Source: the human T2T-CHM13v2.0 reference genome, Homo sapiens
NCBI RefSeq assembly: GCF_009914755.1
Contig: NC_060926.1
DNA: 64,000 nt
Strand: one strand, 5' to 3'
Part shown: one piece after another, positions 56,931 through 64,000 of the stretch
Numbering within the stretch: the first letter of the stretch is position 1
Layout: the number at the start of each line of letters is the position of its first letter
Made by a program: the position numbers and the translations under genes
Notes under the pieces: model-generated
Database searches by the model: none
What the model saw: only the letters and a program-made list of their open reading frames with translations
Told to the model about the DNA's origin: nothing

Positions 56931-57793
56931 AATTATTTTAACATTTGAGGTGAAAATGCAATAAAAAAATTGTGTGATTTTTGTTGTGCCTGTGAATAAT
57001 ATCCAGTAGAAATCAGTAATAACTGAGACAAGTCATGAGTCATGAATTGATAGAAAAACTTTAGTTTCTGAAGATCACAAACCCAGTATGAGAATGGCTG
57101 TTCAAATAAAAAAAGCAAATTGGCATTTGTTTACATTCTTCCATGTTAAGTAGGATCAAGTTTGGACATTTTTCCCCTTTTAGACTATGATAGCTTTAAA
57201 TTAAATAGCAGGAAAAGCAAAGCATAAAATTTAGAGCAGAGAATATTCTTGGAAACTGATACCCTTCATCAACATCCTGTTCAATTTGAAAGTAAATGGT
57301 TTGAGTGAAAAATCAATTAAACATCCATTAAGGAGCTGCTTCAGAATACTGCATCATTAAGTAATAGCAGTTGCTGATTTTTTCTTAACCACAGTGGAAA
57401 ATGTGAACAAGAAATTGAAGTAAAGGGGACATTTCTGAATGATGTGGTTGACCTATGAACCCTACTCTGAAGTTGTTATAATTCTGTCCAGCTCATTTAT
57501 TATACTTATTGCAATTTTAGTGGCCCTTAATAGTAGGGAGGAGAGAGACTGGGAGGGATCAGAACAGGAAAAATATATCTGTCTTTTGGATGGTGGAACA
57601 TAAACTTTTTTGGGGCTATGGATCCTAAGAGACTTTGATCAAAATGCATTTGCATATGACCTAAACTATCCACACATAAAATCAATACTAAGGGTTGAGG
57701 GATTGCTTGAAACTTATTCATGGGTAATCTAAAGCTTTTTAGACTTTGCCTTAAGACCATTTGCTCTATGGTTTGCCTTTAAGCTGGGAAGTT

Positions 57794-58223
57794 TGTTGGG
57801 AAAAAGCTGAGTGTTGGGAGGGAAACTGAGGCAGGGCTTGCATAATGTCTTTGGAATGTTTCTAGACTTGCTGGCTCCTTGTTTCTAGCCTTCCTAGGCT
57901 CCTATTCCCATTATCTCAAGTAGCAGAACATGTTTCTTATAAATGCTAAACCATCACAGCTGTAAATCATGTGCTTAATCAGTGTGCCCTTTTGACCTCC
58001 ACATTCTCACCACCTGTTTCTTTGTTGGGTTACCAATAAATACCGTGGGCTCCCAGCGCTACGGGCCTTCGCAGCCTCCGTACGATAGCTATTCCCCCCC
58101 ACCCCAAGCATCCCACCTTTTTCTTTCTCACTGTTTTCTCTTTCTCTGTCTTTTTCTTAATCCTTTGAGTCCGCTGGACTTTGTCACCCCCACGATCTGG
58201 TGTTGGGTCTGATCACCTTAACA
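57794..58223 (+). mobile_element. 5' LTR (LTR14A/B-like)
   Basis: TGTTGGGAAAAAGCTGAGTGTTGGG...GATCACCTTAACA. TATAAA at 57938-57943, AATAAA at 58035-58040. Confidence 0.88.
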
Positions 58224-58227
58224 TTCC

Positions 58228-58246
58228 TGGCTGCCCAGTGTGGGGC
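58228..58246 (+). other. Degenerate tRNA-Lys primer binding site
   Basis: TGGCTGCCCAGTGTGGGGC versus the Lys1,2 PBS TGGCGCCCAACGTGGGGC, 4 nt after the LTR. Confidence 0.75.
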
Positions 58247-58348
58247 GACAAAGACGCCGGTGAAGGAATGCTATGAGCGTGTGAAAGCGGAGAATGTCTA
58301 AAAGAAGCTCAGCGGGAAAGCTGAGCACTTGGAAGAAGCAGGGTAACA

Positions 58349-58948
58349 ATGGGACAAAGGAAAAGCAGACATTCTGCTTAAATTTCTTAAGGCATTTATT
58401 ACGAAGAGGGGAAGTGAAAGTTAGTACTCAGAACTTATTACTCTTTCCTACAGTAAAAGTTTTGCCCATGGTTTCCAAAACAAGGGACTATGGAATTGGG
58501 TGAATGGGAGAGAATTGGAAGAGACTTTAAAAAGGCGTATGAAGAGGGAGCAGAAATTCCAGTTTGTTTGGTCAATGTGGACACTAACAAAGGCAGCTCT
58601 TGAGCCATTTCAAACATGATGAGGTAGGCTCAGATGAGGAAGAGGAGGATAAGTGTAAAAAATTAGATTGTTAATGTGAGGAACAGGAAACGGAGAGAAC
58701 TAAAAGAAAGGGAAACTGAAAAAAGTAGGTCTTACTAGACCGTCGGCTCCACCTGCTGAATTAAGTGAAAGGCCACCTCTCTCTCCCCATAATGGGCTAG
58801 GAGATGAATTAGCTAGAAAACGTACTGCTCCTATAGTTGCAAAATTAAAACCTGGAACAATTGGTGGTGCTATACAAAATTCTACTCAAAAGGCTACAGC
58901 TGAGGGACACCTCGAAGCATGCAATTTCCCGTAACTATAATCCAGCAG
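58349..58948 (+). pseudogene. Betaretroviral (HML) gag matrix relic
   Basis: MGQRKSRHSA / LNFLRHLLRRGEVKVSTQNL / FCPWFPKQGTMELGEWERIG / KAALEPFQT, collinear with HML-2 Gag MA; frameshifted. Confidence 0.9.
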
Positions 58949-60062
58949 GGAGGATAGCAAACGTCCTTCCACTGTGTTTCCAAAATCCATCTACAAAGGA
59001 GAAAGATACACAAGCAGTTAAAGGAATAGGGTACACTTTTTTTTCTTTAAAAGCCAGGGTAAATTTAAAAACCTATAACTGAAGGTCTCCGTGGCCCTGT
59101 AACACTCCAGTACTACCTTATCAGTGTAAACAAGGCCGAAAGCACTGAGACCACGGACAACCAGTAGCCTTCCTATCAAAAATTCTTAACCCAGTAATCC
59201 GCGGATGGCCCAAATGCATTCCATTGGTAGCAGCAACTGCTTTGCTAACAGAAGAAAGTAGAAAAACGTTTAGTGGAAACCTCATTGTGAGCACACCTCA
59301 CCAGTTCAGAGCTATCCTAAGTCAAACAAAAAGGTAGCTTACTAACTCAAATCTAAAAGTATAGGGCTATTCTGTTAGGAAAAAAGATTTAACATTAACC
59401 ACTGAAAATTCCCTTAACCCAGCAGGTTTTGTAATGAGGGATTTAAATTTTAATTACCATACAAAGGCCCGATCAGACCCCTAGGAGGAACTCCCTTCAG
59501 GACAGGACAATAGATGGTTCCTCCTGGGTGACGGGGGAGGGGGTGAAAACACAATGGGTATATTCAGTAATTGATAGGGAGACTATATATAGAAGCAGAG
59601 TTAAGAAAATTGCCTAATTCGTCTGCTCAAACCTGCGAGCTGTTTGCACTCAGAATCAAAAAACTTTCAATCCTGACTCAAAAGGTTACCTACACCCTCT
59701 GAAATGAATTTGCCTAAGAACTGTTCATGGGAGTGAATCTTGATGGGGCAGCTGGGTGGGTATGAAATACTCAGGAACCCAGCCCAGCTCTAGGACTCAC
59801 CTGTGAGCGCAAAGGCAATGTTGGGCATGCTGGTAAAGGACCACTAGAATCTAGCAGCCTGGACCCATTTCTTTGTGGTCAAGAAAGGTGGGAAAACAGG
59901 TGCCGGACTGCTACATTGGTAAGAGTAACTAATCTGATAAGCAGAGGTCTATGGGTGGTTACGCACCCTGGAAAGGAATAAGCATTAGGACCGTAGGGAA
60001 TGCTCTAGGACTAATGCTCATTGGAAAACGACTTAGGGGTGCTGGCATCCCTGTTTTTTCAG

Positions 60063-61536
60063 ATGGGAAATGTTCCCCACAAGGCAAAAATGCCCCTAAG
60101 TGTATCCTGGAGAATCGGCCCAGTCAGTGTAGTACCTTTTTCCCTCTCAGACTTTCAAACAAAATAGACCTAGGTAAATTCTCAGATAACCCTGATGGCT
60201 ATATTGATGTTTTATAAGGGTTAGGATAATCCTTTGACATGGAGAGAGATTTAATGTTACTGCTAGATCAGACACTAACCCCAAATGAGAGAAGTGCCAC
60301 TGTAACTGCAGCCCCGAGAGTCTTGCGATCTCTGGTATCTCAGGTCAACGATAGGATGACAACAGAGGAAAGAACAATTCCCCACAGGCCAGCAGGCAGT
60401 TCCTACTGTAGACCCTCATTGGGATGCAAAATCAGAACATGGAGATTGGTGCTTGTAGACACTTGCTAACTTTTGCGGGCTAGGAAGGACTAAGGAAAAC
60501 TAAGAGGAAAAAGTCTATGAATTATTCAATGATGTCCATTATAATGCAAGGAAAGGAAGAAAATCCTGCCTTTCTGGAGAGACAAGGGGAGGCATTGAGG
60601 AAGCATACCTCTGTCACCTGACTATGTTGAAGGCCAACTAATCTTTAAGGATAAGTTTATCACTCAGTCAGCTGCAGACATTAGAAAAAACTTCAAAAGT
60701 CCGCCTTAGGGCCCGGAGCAAAACTTAGAAACCCTATTGAACTCGGAAACCTCGGTTTTTTATAATAGAGATCAGGAGGACCAGGCAGAATGGGACAAAT
60801 GGGATAAGAAAAAGCCACCGTTTTAGTCATGACCCTCAGGCAAGCGGACTTTGGAGGCTCTGGAAAAGGGAAAGGCTGGGCAAATTGAATGCCTTTAGTA
60901 GGGCTTGCTTCCAGTGCAGTCTGCAAGGACATTTTCAAAAAGACTGTCCGAATAGAAATAAGCCACCAGTGCCCCTTATTTCTGCGCACCTTATGTCAAG
61001 GGAATCGCTGGAAGGCCCTCTGCCCCAGGGGGACAAAGGACCTGTGAGTCAGAAGCCACTAACCAGATGACCCAGCAGCAGGACTGAGGGTGCCCAGGGT
61101 AAGCGCCAGCCCATGCCACAGAGCCCTGGGTATGCTTGACCATTGAGGTCCAGGAGGTTAACTGTTTCCTGGACACTAGCACGGTCTTCTCAGTCTTACT
61201 CTCCTGTCCCGGACAACTGTCCTCCAGATCTGTCACTATCTGAGGGGTCCTAGGACAGGCAGTCACTAGATCTTCCAGCCACTAAGTTGTGACTGGGGAA
61301 CTTTACTCTCCTCACGTGCCTTTCTAATTATGCCTGAAAACCTCGCTCCTTTGTTAGAGACATCCTAGCAAAAGCAGGGGCCATTATACACTAGAATTAG
61401 GAGAAGGAAAAAGGGTAAATATACATGCAGACTCTAAGTATGCTTACCTAGTCCTCCATGCCCTTGCAGCAATATGGAGAGAAGGGGAATTCATAACTTC
61501 CGAGGGAACACCTATCAAACATCAGGAAGCCTTTAG
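60063..61536 (+). pseudogene. HERV-W/ERV9-like gag, pro and RNase H relics with internal deletions
   Basis: MGNVPHKAK; IDLGKFSDNPDGYIDVL; zinc knuckle CFQCSLQGHFQKDC; gag stop CAGGACTGA (~61085); protease FLDTS; RNase H LELGEGKRVNIHADSKYAYLVLHA. Confidence 0.88.
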
Positions 61537-62373
61537 ACCCCAAAATTCTCCTTACCTCTGAGTCTGCTTCCTCTGATCCCTGCCTAAAGATAATTTTATG
61601 GGGAAGAGGATTTGCTTGCCTCAGGTGCCTGTGTGGGTGCCCACCAAACATCTGAAGATCTATCATCAGCCACAGCATCTAGTGGACCCACCTGTACAGT
61701 GCGAATTTGAAGGTTTGAAAAGCCTCGATTTGCTCTCTCTATGCCTTCAGTTAATCACAAAAGGCCTGTCTCATCAGTGGCCGCCTGGCTACAACCACAA
61801 AAGTTTTTGCTTCTATTTCAGTAGATTTACTAACGTGGAGATTGAGGGTATGCTTTTGCCAGGAGATGAACGAACCGTGTGGATGACCTCAAGATGTGTA
61901 CGACCATAGAATTGGGGAGACTGGGGCGGGGGGGAACCCATGGATCCCAACCATGGACCGGGTTCTCCCCCAGCATGAGCCATGAGACAGTTGAATCTGA
62001 ATGCGAAGATGGAACAAGGACTGACCAGAGTCACAATGCTTAATGGACCAATGCTTTCTGACTCCTCTCTACCATGAATACAAGAGACCCTAATAGTTAG
62101 GCAGGAGTATCATTGCCCCTATTCAGCATTTGAAGAAGTTACAGAAGACGGACCTTCATCCTCCTGCAACCCCTAGGATTGAGGGTCCCCTTGTAAAAGG
62201 CAAAGTGGGGGAGGTATGTGGGAAGCATTCAAACCAGAGTGACTCCAGTTTGAATAAGGGTTAAAAGAAAAAAGCTGGGTCACCGGCAATTAAGGACTAC
62301 ACAGCCTGCAATCGCCTTGCTAACAATTGCTAGTAATGTAATAATGATACCTTCCCCCTTACAAAAAAAGGCA

Positions 62374-62780
62374 TGTTGGGGGAAAAAGCTGAGTGTTGGG
62401 AGGGAAACTGAGGCAGGGCTTGCATAATGTCTTTGGAATGTGTCTAGACTTACTGGCTCCTTGTTTCTAGCCTTCCTAGGCTCCTGTTACCATTATCTCA
62501 AGTAGCAGAACATGTTCCTCATAAATGCTAAGCCATCACAGCTGTAAATCATGTGCTTAACGCAATGTGCCCTTTTGACCTCCACGTTCTCACCACCTGT
62601 TTCTTCGTTGCATTACCAATAAATACCATGGGCTCCCAGAGCTCGGGGCCTTCGCAGCCTCCATACAATAGTGATGGCCCCCTGGCGTACCACCTTTTCC
62701 CCCCTCACCCCGCTCAATCCTTTGACTCCGCTGGACTTCGTCACCCCGACGACCTGGTGTTGGGTCTGATCACCCCAGCA
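62374..62780 (+). mobile_element. 3' LTR (LTR14A/B-like)
   Basis: Homologous to the 5' LTR, preceded by purine tract AAAAAAAGG. AATAAA at 62618-62623; ends CCCCAGCA. Confidence 0.88.
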
Positions 62781-64000
62781 AAGTTGGTGGTCGAATGCCC
62801 AGCATACACTCGGGCTGCATGGTGGTCTATTCGGGAAGATGGAAAATAGTGGCAGGACAAGGTAGGCGGTGCTGACATGCATAGCTAGACGTGTGACAAA
62901 TTCTCTAGATCATATTCCTAATCAGACTACAGACTGCAGCTGAGAGTGGAGGAGAGAGGGCTCCATCTCTCTCTAAATGAGCAGCTTCAAATAGTTAATT
63001 ATTAAACAGTTCACAATTATTAAACAGGACAGCCCTAATAGTTGACTAGAATACAAAGCAGGAAATTGAGCCAAATCTTCTAGCCTGGGCTAACCCAGCA
63101 AGGATTTGGAGAGTGTGCTACCTGGAGGGCAAATAAAGCTAAAGGTTTATGCTGATCATGTACCATACTTTTGGCAGCAAACTACATTTACAATGATGGA
63201 TATTCTTTTAGCACTTTATGCCCTGGTTATACTTGTCTTGGTAATTCCTAAGCTAAAACCTATAGGTAGAGTTTCAGAGACTGCAGTTCAGCATGGCTAA
63301 AGATGAGAAGAGTTACTGGTGCTTGTACATTTTATTTCTGGATATGCACTTGGATTCAGTTGTATAGAAGGTTTGGAAGTAGCTCTCCCCCTTACATAAA
63401 AGGCCACACATCAAGCTACTTCATACAGAAATGGTATGGTAAGTGCTGCTGTACTCCTTAGTTGAAGAGCAGGTTAGACCTCGTTATATTATGCTGTTTC
63501 CCGCAGATTCTCTATTAACCGAATTCTTTGGCATGATCTTTTTTTCTCTTCTAAGTGATTAAGACTGCTTTAAGGAGAACATATATATTTAGTATTTCTT
63601 CTTCCCTCTCAATGACTGACATCATCGGACCTATCACCTGAGCATGGTCTGACTCAGTGTGTCATCTGGTGTATCCACACCTGCCACACTACAGCCTGGC
63701 TCTCATGCATGTAAGTCCAAGAAACAGGTTGTCTGAATTGCAGCCATGCAAACAGTTTCCTATTCATTCAAATAACATCTGAGATTTGCATGGATTAACA
63801 TTCAGTTGACAGAAATCTAGTTCTTATTCAAGTAAAGAAATAAGGACTAGTTCATTTTAACCACAGGCCAGTGGAAGATTCCCATCTCATTGGAACTAAT
63901 CAGTGTCCATTATTTTACCAAAGGTTTTTCATCTAGCCTTACAATGCATTTAAAGCCAAGGTCCTAGTATCTTCACAAAGAAAACATCACAGGGTGTGTA

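Larger units (their letters stand above)
57794..62780 (+). mobile_element. Defective chimeric provirus: HERV-K14 (HML-1)-type LTRs, 5' gag and 3' end, with a HERV-W-like core
   Basis: Two homologous TG...CA LTRs, 5-bp TSD AAGTT (57789-57793, 62781-62785), Lys-type PBS, betaretroviral MA and gammaretroviral gag/pro/RNase H relics. Confidence 0.88.

Noticed and set aside
63981-64000. ATCACAGGGTGTGTA resembling a satellite monomer
   Set aside because: Only about 15 bp at the window edge; cannot be evaluated.

Overview
Primate (human-like) genomic DNA, mostly interspersed repeats, with no intact protein-coding sequence I can support. A CpG-island promoter at about 7.95-8.76 kb carries ETS/CRE, YY1 and ZNF143-type motifs. 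It drives a minus-strand gene whose short first exon ends at a GT donor at 8347, so bases 1-8347 are probably intronic. I cannot identify the gene from sequence; TRIQK is an unverified guess from memory. Upstream lie an MLT2A solo LTR, a decayed two-LTR ERV-L (LTR16/HERV16-like) provirus, a 3.9-kb SATR1/SATR2-type satellite, a near full-length L1MA, several nested L1/LTR/Alu stacks and a 5-kb provirus. That provirus has HERV-K14 (HML-1)-type LTRs and 5' gag around a HERV-W-like core. The most notable structures are: (1) the mirror-symmetric, foldback-like layout of the satellite, built from palindromic monomers; (2) the beta/gamma chimeric provirus; (3) a ~250-bp inverted duplication with hairpins at its breakpoint; (4) a ~280-bp templated insertion inside an L1. 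Repeat subfamily names come from recalled consensus sequences and need RepeatMasker/Dfam confirmation. I do not claim a new biological system; the foldback hypothesis for the satellite is the best candidate.
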